Shown here: piece after piece, positions 9,164-18,282 of the stretch
Numbering within the stretch: position 1 is the stretch's first letter
Layout: each line of letters opens with the position of its first letter
Origin: a bacterium
GTDB lineage: Bacteria; Patescibacteriota; Dojkabacteria; JAKAPS01; JAJZLI01
Direction of reading: 5' to 3'
NCBI GenBank assembly: GCA_021785355.1
Contig: JAJYFR010000001.1
Span: 66,976 to 130,975, forward strand
DNA length: 64,000 bases
Notes under the pieces: model-generated
What the model was told of the DNA's origin: nothing
What the model saw: only the letters and a program-made list of their open reading frames with translations
Database searches by the model: none
Position numbers and translations under genes: made by a program

Positions 9164-9202
9164 GATATTTACAAAAATAAATATAAGTGATATTATTATA
9201 CT

Positions 9203-9460
9203 ATGAGTCCAATTGAAAGAATAGAAAATAAACCTAATATAGATGAAAGCTTAATAAATGCTGGATCTACGATTGATACTGGTATAAAAATAGATTCTTC
9301 TTTGAATGAGGGTGTTACAGTAGAAGCAGGTAGTCCAGTGGAATTGGCAAGAAAAAAAGCTGATGATTATGCAAGAGAGAATTCATTAAGTGGAAATAAA
9401 GAGAAAGGTTATAATACAACTTCTTCTTGGAGAGGATTAAGAGCAGTTATTTCAAAATAA
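9203..9460 (+). CDS. Hypothetical small protein
   Basis: 85 aa ORF with no recognisable motif. Sits between smpB and the conjugation-type ATPase. Confidence 0.2.
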   Translation: MSPIERIENKPNIDESLINAGSTIDTGIKIDSSLNEGVTVEAGSPVELARKKADDYARENSLSGNKEKGYNTTSSWRGLRAVISK

Positions 9461-9515
9461 TACAGATATTTCTATCTATTTTATATTAAACATCTTTACT
9501 GTATAATTCCTTTAT

Positions 9516-11948
9516 ATGGTTTCTCATTTAGTTATTAACACAAATTATATCCATACTCTATATTCTAATATGATTAGTGTCATTACAATAGTTTTTATTG
9601 TACTGGTTATTTTACTTATAATAGTAGTAATTTTTCTTATAACAGCATTTTTTCTTCTAAGAGATATTAAAATTTCTAATTTTATTAAAAATAGCAAGAA
9701 ATTAGTAACTTTTGAAGTAACACTTCCTATGGATAATGAAGTAGAGATTGCTGCAGCTGAACAAATGTATTTAGCATTATCAGGTATTAAAGGGGGGAAG
9801 AAATTTGAAAGATTAGTAGGAAAATTTGACTATATAACATTTGAAATATTAGCAACTTCAGAATTAATAAATTTCTATGTAACTTGTAGTGAAAAAATGT
9901 CTGATTTTATTGAAAAACAGATACATTCAAGTTATCAAACAGCTGAAGTTGTTAAAATTGAACATCCTGATATTTTTGAGAAAGATGCTTATGTTGAATA
10001 TGCATCCTTAGTTTTTTCAAAAGAATCATATTATCCTATAAAAACTTATGGAGAAGAAGTAAAGGTTGATACAATATCTAACATAACTAGTGTTATAAGT
10101 AAGTTATCAAAAGATGAATATGCTTCTTTTCAATTAGTTATATACCCTTCAACTGGTAAATGGATTAAGAATGGGAATAATCATACTAAACCAAAGAGTG
10201 TGAAAAAAGATGAGGCTCCAAAACCTGAGAGTAATTCTAAGCAATATCAGAATCAAAAGATAGATGACAAGACAAAAAACCCTGGATTTGTTTCTACAAT
10301 AAGACTTTTAGCTGTAAGTGAAAATGAAGAAAAAGCTAAAGCATTACTTAATAATATGGTTTCAAGTTTTTCTCAATTTACTGAGATAGGTGGAAATAAA
10401 TTTAAAAAAGCTAAATTAAGGTTCTTTAATAAAAAAGATTTTCAATTGGGTTATTTGTTTAATTTCCCATCTTTGTATGAAGAATACAAATCTACATCAA
10501 CAATACTTAATACTACAGAATTAGCAACTATTTTTCATTTTCCAAATAAGGATGTACAAACCCCTCATATACATAGATTAAATGCCAAGAGAGCACCTGT
10601 TTCGGCTGATATTCCATATGAAGGTCTATTCTTAGGTAATGGTATTTATAGAGGGCATACTAGACCTGTATATATAGGAGATGATGATAGAAGAAGACAT
10701 ATGTATATGGTAGGTAGAACTGGTACAGGAAAATCAACATTTTTAGAATCTTTAGCTTTACAGGATATACAAAATGGAAAAGGTGTTGCATTTCTTGATC
10801 CTCATGGTCAGTCTGCCGAAAATATTATTGCAAGAATACCTCCTGAGAGAGCAGGTGATGTGATTTATTTTAATGCAGGAGATTATGATAGACCTATGGG
10901 AATAAACATAATGGAGTATTATTCTGAGGAAGATAAGCACATGATTGTAAATTCTTTTTACCATATGCTTGAAAAGCTTTTTGATCCAAATAGAACAGGA
11001 ATTACAGGTCCTAGATTAGAAAGAGCTGTTAGAAATTGTATGTTAACTGCTATGTCAAAACCAGGTAGTACACTCATAGAAGTATTCAGATTAGTTTTAT
11101 TAGATCAAAAATTCATAGATGAAGTATTACCTTATGTAAAAGATGATTTAGTTAGAAAATATTGGACAGAAGAGATAGCAAATACTTCTGATTATCATAA
11201 ATCAGAAACATTAGGTTATTTTGCATCAAAATTTGATAGATTTGTTGTTAATAAGATGATGCGAAATATTTTAGGTCAGAGTAAATCATCCTTTAATTTA
11301 AGAGAAATAATGGATAATCAGAAGATATTAATTGTAAATCTTGATAAAGGTAAGATAGGAGAAGAAAATTCTCAGTTTTTAGGTTTATTATTAGTGCCAA
11401 AAATACTTTCTGCTGCAATGTCTAGATCAAATATTCCAGAAGATCAGAGAAAAGATTTTTACTTATATGTTGATGAATTTCAGAATTTTGCAACAGAAGA
11501 TTTTGCTCAAATTTTATCTGAGTCAAGAAAATATAGACTTAATTTAATTGTAGCAAATCAATATATAAATCAAATGATAGATGAAGTTAAGAATGCTATA
11601 TTTGGAAATGTTGGTTCTTTAGTAAGTTTTAAAGTGGGTGTTTCTGATGCTGAATTTCTAGAGAAAGAATTTGAACCAATTTTTAATCAACAAGATCTAA
11701 TTAATTTAGAGAATAGATATGCTTATGTTAAAATTATATCTAAAGGAGAAGCTCAGCCTCCTTTTTCTATGCAGACCGTAATGAGTTCTGCGAAGCCAGA
11801 TAATGAAATAGCTGAGTCTATAAAGCATTTATCTAGAATAAAATATGGAAGAGATATTAATGAAATAGAGGATGAAATTAAATCTAGAGGTCTTTTAGAT
11901 AATACTCTAAATCCATCTGCTCTTGAAGATATATTGAAGCAGAAGTAA
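9516..11948 (+). CDS. Membrane-anchored FtsK/HerA-superfamily conjugation-type ATPase (VirD4/TraG/TraD coupling-protein-like, possibly VirB4-like)
   Basis: 810 aa. N-terminal hydrophobic segment. Walker A MVGRTGTGKST followed by VAFLDPHGQS (the DPxG box typical of TrwB/VirD4-type proteins). Walker B YLYVDEF and SRKYRLNLIVANQ. About 340 aa between the TM and the NTPase domain. Confidence 0.55.
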   Translation: MVSHLVINTNYIHTLYSNMISVITIVFIVLVILLIIVVIFLITAFFLLRDIKISNFIKNSKKLVTFEVTLPMDNEVEIAAAEQMYLALSGIKGGKKFERLVGKFDYITFEILATSELINFYVTCSEKMSDFIEKQIHSSYQTAEVVKIEHPDIFEKDAYVEYASLVFSKESYYPIKTYGEEVKVDTISNITSVISKLSKDEYASFQLVIYPSTGKWIKNGNNHTKPKSVKKDEAPKPESNSKQYQNQKIDDKTKNPGFVSTIRLLAVSENEEKAKALLNNMVSSFSQFTEIGGNKFKKAKLRFFNKKDFQLGYLFNFPSLYEEYKSTSTILNTTELATIFHFPNKDVQTPHIHRLNAKRAPVSADIPYEGLFLGNGIYRGHTRPVYIGDDDRRRHMYMVGRTGTGKSTFLESLALQDIQNGKGVAFLDPHGQSAENIIARIPPERAGDVIYFNAGDYDRPMGINIMEYYSEEDKHMIVNSFYHMLEKLFDPNRTGITGPRLERAVRNCMLTAMSKPGSTLIEVFRLVLLDQKFIDEVLPYVKDDLVRKYWTEEIANTSDYHKSETLGYFASKFDRFVVNKMMRNILGQSKSSFNLREIMDNQKILIVNLDKGKIGEENSQFLGLLLVPKILSAAMSRSNIPEDQRKDFYLYVDEFQNFATEDFAQILSESRKYRLNLIVANQYINQMIDEVKNAIFGNVGSLVSFKVGVSDAEFLEKEFEPIFNQQDLINLENRYAYVKIISKGEAQPPFSMQTVMSSAKPDNEIAESIKHLSRIKYGRDINEIEDEIKSRGLLDNTLNPSALEDILKQK

Positions 11949-12004
11949 AAAAATGATGAAAAAATTATTTTTTTCTGATACAATATTTACTATTCTTAAT
12001 TTTA

Positions 12005-12078
12005 GGGCACATAGCTCAGTTGGTTAGAGCACCGTTCTTATAAAGCGGGGGTCGATGGTTCAAATCCATCTGTGCCCA
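12005..12078 (+). tRNA. tRNA-Ile (anticodon UAU, reads AUA)
   Basis: Cloverleaf: acceptor gggcaca/tgtgccc, D-arm agctcagttggttagagc (Ile-like), anticodon stem ccgtt/agcgg, loop cTTATAa, T-arm gatggttcaaatccatc. No encoded CCA. Confidence 0.8.
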
Positions 12079-12084
12079 ATTTAA

Positions 12085-12945
12085 TTATAAAATAGGTAAA
12101 TTGGGTAATCTTTCTGTATCAATTTTTATTTTTCCTAGATATTTTTCTGTAGTAGCAATTCTTTTGTGTCCTATTATTTTTGATAATGCATATATATTAG
12201 TTCCTCTAGATAAATGATGTGCTATAAAAGTATTTCTTAAATCATTAACTTTTGCATTTTCAATTCCAGCTTTTCTAAACATTCCATCTATAGAAGTTCT
12301 TATATTTCTAACTAATAAAGGATTTCCATTTTTAGTTATAAATAAATTATCTGTTTTAGCATTTTTAGGTCTTATACTTATATACTGTCTTATTACATCT
12401 AATGATTGGTCATTTAGAGGTACTTCTCTAGAAGGTGTAGTTCCATATTCTATTATATGAATATATTTTTCCTCACCTGTCATGTGAAGATCTGTTGTTT
12501 TTATTCTACATAATTCTCCTATTCTAATACCTGTTTGTAAAAGTATTTCGATTATAAGAGCTGTTCTTGTATCATTTTTTGCTGTATCTCTTAAAGCTTT
12601 AAATTCTACTTCTGTAAGAATTCTAGGTATAACGTTTTTTATCTTAGGATGAGCAATTAAGATTGCGGGGTTCTTATCTACAATATTTAGAGTTTGAAGA
12701 TATTTAAAAAAAGTTCTAGTACTATTAATCTTTCTAGAAACAGTTTTTGCTGATAAATTTTGTTTTTTTAATTCATCAAAATATTTAACGAGTATATCCT
12801 CTGTTACATCTGCAGGATTTTTTATATTTGAGAGTTTAATATATTCATCTAATTGCTCTAAATCCTTTTTATAAGCTATAATAGTATGTATGGATTTTTT
12901 GTCTTTATCCAATTCTTCTGTAAAATTTTTTATGTACTGATCCAT
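12085..12945 (-). CDS. Tyrosine site-specific recombinase (XerC/XerD-family or integrase)
   Basis: 286 aa. N-terminal SAM-like core-binding domain. Catalytic boxes (GIRIGEL with R; HxxR region; IGHKRIATTEKYLG with C-terminal Tyr). Stop only 7 nt from the tRNA-Ile(UAU) 3' end. Confidence 0.8.
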   Translation of the reverse strand: MDQYIKNFTEELDKDKKSIHTIIAYKKDLEQLDEYIKLSNIKNPADVTEDILVKYFDELKKQNLSAKTVSRKINSTRTFFKYLQTLNIVDKNPAILIAHPKIKNVIPRILTEVEFKALRDTAKNDTRTALIIEILLQTGIRIGELCRIKTTDLHMTGEEKYIHIIEYGTTPSREVPLNDQSLDVIRQYISIRPKNAKTDNLFITKNGNPLLVRNIRTSIDGMFRKAGIENAKVNDLRNTFIAHHLSRGTNIYALSKIIGHKRIATTEKYLGKIKIDTERLPNLPIL

Positions 12946-13025
12946 AAGATAGACTTATAATGTATTTATATATGATTTTATCACCTGTTATTGCTTTTTG
13001 TCAAATATAATGAATATAATAAAAT

Positions 13026-13424
13026 ATGCCTAGAAGAAGAAAAAATTTTAATAGAACAGGAAATTTGAGTAAATATTTTTTCTCAATAATATTATTATTT
13101 TTTATATCCCTCCTTTCATTCAATTTGGTAAGGACTTATGGAAGATATGTTTCTATAAAATCCCAAATTAACAAGATATCTTCTTTAGTAAATAATCAAA
13201 AAAAACAAAATAATACATTAAAAAAAGAATATGCTTACTATAGTAGTAATTATTATAAAAATAATATAGCAACAAATGACTTAAATTTATATAAGAAAAA
13301 TTCTTCAGAGATAGTTTTGCCAAAAAATCCTCCATCTAGTTATATAAATTTACCATCTCAGAGTAAAAGCAAAAAAACGACCCAAAAAACTTCTTTAATA
13401 GAATGGATTAATCTCTTATTTTAA
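13026..13424 (+). CDS. Hypothetical bitopic membrane protein, FtsB/DivIC-like (TM plus coiled coil)
   Basis: 132 aa. Basic N-terminus, one TM (FFSIILLFFISLLSF), then a heptad-like segment. Weak resemblance only. Confidence 0.25.
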   Translation: MPRRRKNFNRTGNLSKYFFSIILLFFISLLSFNLVRTYGRYVSIKSQINKISSLVNNQKKQNNTLKKEYAYYSSNYYKNNIATNDLNLYKKNSSEIVLPKNPPSSYINLPSQSKSKKTTQKTSLIEWINLLF

Positions 13425-13559
13425 TATAAAAACATTAAAATTTAATCCAAATTCTTTTACAAAGTATTAAGTTAAAAGAAAAAAAATATTGTTAATTATA
13501 GCTTTAATATTTTAATTAAAATTTAATAAGTACAAATTATAATATTACGATTGTTTAAA

Positions 13560-13588
13560 TTGACTACATGATGAAAATGTTGTAACAT
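13560..13588 (+). promoter_or_regulatory. Sigma70-type promoter for the tRNA-fMet/tRNA-Met pair
   Basis: TTGACT (13560-13565), 17 nt spacer, TAACAT (13583-13588), about 24 nt upstream of the tRNA. Confidence 0.4.
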
Positions 13589-13611
13589 CAATAACAGTAG
13601 ATATTTTATTC

Positions 13612-13686
13612 CGTGGGGTGGAGCAGTGGTAGCTCATCAGGCTCATAACCTGAAGGTCGTTGGTTCGAATCCAACCCCCGCAACCA
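13612..13686 (+). tRNA. Initiator tRNA-fMet (CAU), CCA encoded
   Basis: Near-identical to E. coli tRNA-fMet. C1:A72 mismatch, three G-C pairs in the anticodon stem (ggctCATaacc), ends gcaaCCA. Confidence 0.85.
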
Positions 13687-13709
13687 AATTGATTCTGAAT
13701 TTAACTTTT

Positions 13710-13782
13710 GGCGACGTAGCTCAGTCGGTAGAGCAAAGGACTCATAAGCCTTAGGTCACAGGTTCGATTCCTGTCGTCGCTA
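13710..13782 (+). tRNA. Elongator tRNA-Met (CAU)
   Basis: ggcgacgtagctcagtcggtagagc ... loop ctCATaa ... T-arm acaggttcgattcctgt. Resembles E. coli tRNA-Met elongator. Could formally be a lysidine-type tRNA-Ile2, though a tRNA-Ile(UAU) already exists at 12005. Confidence 0.75.
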
Positions 13783-13808
13783 TATACTTAATATGATATA
13801 ATTTATAT

Positions 13809-15638
13809 ATGAATAACAAAAAAAAATTTTCACTAAATAAACCAAAAAAAAATAACACATTTGTATGGATTTTTTTTATATTTGTAGTTGTTTTTTTTCT
13901 GATATATCTTTTTATTCCAACACTAAATAATGGAAAATCTGTTCCTATAAGTACTTTAATTGTTGATTTAAAGTCTAATAAAATAAAACAATTAACCATA
14001 TATCAAACATATGCTACAGCTACTTTAAAAAATGGAACATTAATTAACTCTAATCTAGGTAGTCCTACTAATCCTACAAGTATTTTTACTAGTAATGGAG
14101 TTAATTTAAGTAAGTATAATAATATTACAATTGCACAGAATCCGACTTTAAGTGCAAGTGATATCATAACCTTAATCTTTATACTAGTTATTGTATTAAC
14201 TACTTGGTATACAGTAAGGCAATTCAAGTCAGCAGGTAATGGAGGAGGCATTTTTTCCATGGGAGAGAGTAAAGCTAAACTATTTATAGGTTCAAAGCAA
14301 TCTATTAAATTTGATGGTATAGCAGGTTTAGTTGAAGCTAAAGAAGAAGTATTTGAAATTGTAGATTTTTTGAAAAATCCTAAGAAATATTCAGATTTGG
14401 GGGCAAGAATTCCCAAAGGAGTATTATTAGTTGGTCCTCCAGGGACAGGGAAAACTTTGTTAGCAAAAGCTATTGCAGGAGAAAGTGGTGTATCTTTTTT
14501 TTCTACTTCAGGTTCTGAGTTTGAGGAGATGTTGGTAGGTGCTGGTGCATCTAGGGTAAGAGATCTTTTTTCAAAAGCAAGAAAATCTTCTCCTTCTATT
14601 ATTTTCATAGATGAAATTGATGCTGTTGCAAGAAAAAGAGGTTATTCTATTGCAGGAGCTCATACAGAACAAACCTTAAATCAAATATTGGTAGAAATGG
14701 ATGGTTTCGATACTTCAACAAATGTTATTGTTATAGCTGCTACTAATAGACCAGATGTTTTAGATCCTGCTCTATTAAGACCTGGTAGATTTGATAGGAC
14801 TATTATGTTGAGTTTGCCTGATTTAGAAGAGAGAAAAAGTATACTAAGACTTCATTCTAAGAATAAACCAATGGGTAAAGATTTAGATTTTGATAAAATA
14901 GCTAAAAGAACAATAGGTTTCTCTGGAGCTGATCTAGAAAATGTTTTAAATGAAGCCGCTATATTAACTGCTAAAAAAGAACTAAAAACTATTACAGAAG
15001 TTGAAATTGAAGAAGCTGCAACAAAAGTTGTTATGGGTCCTGCAAAAAAGACATCTAGAACAGAAGATGAAAAGAAAATAGTTTCTTATCATGAAGCTGG
15101 ACATGCTCTGGTTTCGAAATTTCTACCAGAATCAGATCCTGTACATAGAATTTCTATAGTTCCAAGAGGTATGTCAGGTGGAGCAACAATGTATCTTCCT
15201 ACACAAGATAATTATTTATATACAAAAACTAAATTTCAAACAATGATTACTCATATGTTTGGTGGAAGAGCAGCTGAGAAAATAATTTTTGATGATATTA
15301 CCAATGGTGCTTCAGATGATATAAAAAAAGCTAGTGAAATGGCTAGACGTATGGTTACTGAATTCGGAATGAGTGATTTGATAGGTCCTATTGAGTTTGG
15401 GAATGACGAAGAAGCTGGTTATTATGGAAATGTAGAGAAAAACTATAGTGAAGAAACTTCATCCATTATAGATAAAGAGGTCTCTAAAATATTAAATTCT
15501 TCATACAAGAAAGCTTTAGATATATTATCAAAGCATAAAAATATATTAGATGCTATTGCTTCAAAACTTATTGAAGAAGAAGTATTAGAAGGAGAAGATT
15601 TTAACAAAATAGTAGATTCAATGCTTAATGTCGGATAA
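13809..15638 (+). CDS. ftsH: ATP-dependent zinc metalloprotease FtsH
   Basis: 609 aa. Two TMs. AAA motif GVLLVGPPGTGKT. Zinc site HEAGHAL. Confidence 0.9.
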   Translation: MNNKKKFSLNKPKKNNTFVWIFFIFVVVFFLIYLFIPTLNNGKSVPISTLIVDLKSNKIKQLTIYQTYATATLKNGTLINSNLGSPTNPTSIFTSNGVNLSKYNNITIAQNPTLSASDIITLIFILVIVLTTWYTVRQFKSAGNGGGIFSMGESKAKLFIGSKQSIKFDGIAGLVEAKEEVFEIVDFLKNPKKYSDLGARIPKGVLLVGPPGTGKTLLAKAIAGESGVSFFSTSGSEFEEMLVGAGASRVRDLFSKARKSSPSIIFIDEIDAVARKRGYSIAGAHTEQTLNQILVEMDGFDTSTNVIVIAATNRPDVLDPALLRPGRFDRTIMLSLPDLEERKSILRLHSKNKPMGKDLDFDKIAKRTIGFSGADLENVLNEAAILTAKKELKTITEVEIEEAATKVVMGPAKKTSRTEDEKKIVSYHEAGHALVSKFLPESDPVHRISIVPRGMSGGATMYLPTQDNYLYTKTKFQTMITHMFGGRAAEKIIFDDITNGASDDIKKASEMARRMVTEFGMSDLIGPIEFGNDEEAGYYGNVEKNYSEETSSIIDKEVSKILNSSYKKALDILSKHKNILDAIASKLIEEEVLEGEDFNKIVDSMLNVG

Positions 15639-18282
15639 TAAAAAATTTTTTATTATAGATTCTCATGCACTGATATATCGTGCTTATCATGCTGTACCTC
15701 AACTTACGTCTAAAAATAGAAATGTTAATGCTGTATATGGGTTCTTTTCAATATTACTTAGATTAATAGATAAATATGAACCAGCTTATATAGTATGTGC
15801 TTTTGATTCTCCAACAAGTACTTTTATTAAAAAAAAGAAATTTACATGGTATAAAGCTAATAGAGAAAAAGTCCCTGATGAATTAATTGAACAATTTGAG
15901 TATGTAAAAGAAATATTAAGAGCTTTTAATATTAGTATAATAGAATCTTTAGATTATGAGGCAGATGATGTTGTTTCTTCTATAGCTAAAAAATTTAAAA
16001 AAGATTTTGATATCTTTGTTATTACAGGTGATAAAGATTTACTACAACTTGTAGATGATAAGGTATCTTTAATAATGCCAGGGAAATCTTTTTCTGATCC
16101 TAAAGAAATAAATAATTCAAATGTAGAAGAAATTCTAGGTTTTAAGAATAAATATCTTTTAACTTTTAAAAGTTTAAAAGGTGATCCTTCTGATAATATA
16201 CCTGGAGTACCTGGTATAGGAGATAAAACAGCTCAAGATTTAATTCTTCTTTATGGAGATCTTTTTGGTATATATGAAAATATAGATAATGTTAAAGAAT
16301 CATTAAAGCAAAAACTTATAAAAGGAAAGCAGTCAGCATATGATTCTTTTGAAGCTGCAAAATTATTTTATGATATTGATGTTAATCTTGATGTTAGTAA
16401 AATAAAAATAGCATTTGATTATGATAAGATTGTTGAAAAATTGAATGAATATGATTTTAATAGTCTAAAAAATAAATATTTTTCTAAATATAAGATAGAG
16501 GAGAATTCGGGAGTAGAATATAAAGCTCCTAAAGAAATTAATGATGATAATATAAAAACAATATCTAAGGATTTAGAGGAATTAAAAATAGTATATTTTT
16601 ATATACTCAATAATCATACTAATAACTCTATATACAGCATCTTTTTTCTTGTTAAAGATACTATTTATTATATAGATGATTTTAAGAAAGATTCTAATAT
16701 AAAGATTTTAAAAGATATTTTTTCTGATATTAATATAGAAAAAGTTTCTTTTCAGAGTAAAGATGATATGCACTCTCTAAACAACATAGGTATACCTTTT
16801 GAGGGTAAGTATTTTGATATAAATCTAGGTTATTTTATTCTAAAAGGTAAAAATACAACAATTAAATCTATTATTTATGAAATTTTTTCAGTAGAAATTG
16901 AAGATATATCTCTATTAACAATGAATGGTAAGTTTAGTTTAGATGATATAGATAAAGAAAAGTTATTAAAAAACTCTTTTTATTATATATATTATCTTCC
17001 TCTTTTGTATGAAAATATTGTACATAATCTTGAAAAAGATGATTTAAATAATTCTGTATTTAGGAATATTGATTTACCTTTAATTAAAGTACTTTTTGAC
17101 ATAGAAAAGACAGGGATAGAAATAGATGTTGAATATTTAAAAAATCTTTATAAAGAAATTAATGAAAAGATACTTTTGTTAGAGAACAAGATTTTCAAAT
17201 CTGTAGGTAAAGATTTTAATATATCTTCATCTTTACAATTAAGTAATGTGTTATATGAAGACTTAAAATTACCTTACTTTAAAAAATTAAAAAGTGGTAT
17301 ATTTCCTACAGATGATATAACACTGGAAGGTTTGTCTAAAAGAAATCCAGTAGTTGATGATATTCGTAAATACAAAGAATTAAAAAAACTTAATAGTACA
17401 TATACATTAAGTTTAGTTAAATTTGTAGATGATAAATTAAGAATACATACTACATATAACATAACAGGTGTAAGTACAGGTAGATTATCATCAAAGAATC
17501 CTAATTTACAAAATCTTCCAAATAAAACAGAATTAGGTAGAGATATAAGAAAGGCTTTTATTCCTAGTAAAAATCATATATTTATATCTTTTGATTATTC
17601 TCAGATAGAACTGAGGTTGATGGCTTTCTTTTCTCAAGATGAAAATATGAAAAAAGCATTTAATGAAGGTTTAGATATACATACATATACAGCTTCTCAG
17701 ATTTTTAATAAATTAGAAAAGGATATTACTAAAGATGAAAGAAACAAAGCTAAGACAATTAATTTTGGAGTAATATATGGCATATCTTCATATGGTTTAT
17801 CTCAACAGTTAGGTATTACAAGGAAAGAAGCTAATGATTTTATAGAGAATTATTTTAAAAGATTTTCTTCAATAAAAAATTATTACAAATATATAGAAAC
17901 TTTTGTTGAAAAAAATGCATTTGTAGAAACTTTGTTTGGAAGAAAAAGACATTTTGATACTACTTCTGGAAGTTATATAGTTAAGAGTCACATATTTAGG
18001 GAAGCTATCAATATGCCAATTCAAGGTACTTGTGCTGATATAATAAAAATATCTATGAATAAAATTTTCAATAATAATGAATATTTGAAATATAAAGCCA
18101 AAATATTAATGCAGATCCATGATGAATTAGTGTTTGAAGTGCCAAAGAATGTTGATAAAGAGGCATTTATAAAATTAATTAGTTCTTTAATGACAGATTT
18201 TAAGGAAATCGATATTCCTTTGAGGGTAGATTCTAAATATGGAGATAATTTAAGAGATTTAGTTGTATATGAAAATAAATAA
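15628..18282 (+). CDS. polA: DNA polymerase I
   Basis: 884 aa. N-terminal 5'-3' exonuclease domain. Polymerase motifs DYSQIELR (A), RNKAKTINFGVIYG (B), QIHDELVFE (C). Confidence 0.9.
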   Translation: MSDNKKFFIIDSHALIYRAYHAVPQLTSKNRNVNAVYGFFSILLRLIDKYEPAYIVCAFDSPTSTFIKKKKFTWYKANREKVPDELIEQFEYVKEILRAFNISIIESLDYEADDVVSSIAKKFKKDFDIFVITGDKDLLQLVDDKVSLIMPGKSFSDPKEINNSNVEEILGFKNKYLLTFKSLKGDPSDNIPGVPGIGDKTAQDLILLYGDLFGIYENIDNVKESLKQKLIKGKQSAYDSFEAAKLFYDIDVNLDVSKIKIAFDYDKIVEKLNEYDFNSLKNKYFSKYKIEENSGVEYKAPKEINDDNIKTISKDLEELKIVYFYILNNHTNNSIYSIFFLVKDTIYYIDDFKKDSNIKILKDIFSDINIEKVSFQSKDDMHSLNNIGIPFEGKYFDINLGYFILKGKNTTIKSIIYEIFSVEIEDISLLTMNGKFSLDDIDKEKLLKNSFYYIYYLPLLYENIVHNLEKDDLNNSVFRNIDLPLIKVLFDIEKTGIEIDVEYLKNLYKEINEKILLLENKIFKSVGKDFNISSSLQLSNVLYEDLKLPYFKKLKSGIFPTDDITLEGLSKRNPVVDDIRKYKELKKLNSTYTLSLVKFVDDKLRIHTTYNITGVSTGRLSSKNPNLQNLPNKTELGRDIRKAFIPSKNHIFISFDYSQIELRLMAFFSQDENMKKAFNEGLDIHTYTASQIFNKLEKDITKDERNKAKTINFGVIYGISSYGLSQQLGITRKEANDFIENYFKRFSSIKNYYKYIETFVEKNAFVETLFGRKRHFDTTSGSYIVKSHIFREAINMPIQGTCADIIKISMNKIFNNNEYLKYKAKILMQIHDELVFEVPKNVDKEAFIKLISSLMTDFKEIDIPLRVDSKYGDNLRDLVVYENK

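Noticed and set aside
9164-9515. tmRNA (ssrA) gene next to smpB
   Set aside because: Intergenic spaces around smpB are under 110 nt and lack a tRNA-like T-arm/acceptor end. ssrA must be elsewhere.
12085-13610. Integrated mobile element extending downstream of tRNA-Ile(UAU)
   Set aside because: No copy of the tRNA 3' end (attR-like repeat) was found, and downstream genes are core (tRNA-fMet, ftsH, polA). Kept only as a low-confidence finding about the recombinase itself.
13751-13999. 82-aa minus-strand ORF
   Set aside because: Overlaps the tRNA-Met gene and the ftsH start. No motif support.
14003-14608. Antisense or alternative-frame ORFs inside well-supported genes (e.g. 14003-14608 in ftsH, 33251-33622 and 34007-34231 in the mreB paralog, 36760-37308 in rho, 44398-44736 in mreC, 10758-10964, 17274-17462, 28132-28341, 30141-30479, 62926-63225)
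   Set aside because: All lie within genes with clear family motifs on the other strand or frame. AT-rich sequence yields long spurious antisense ORFs.
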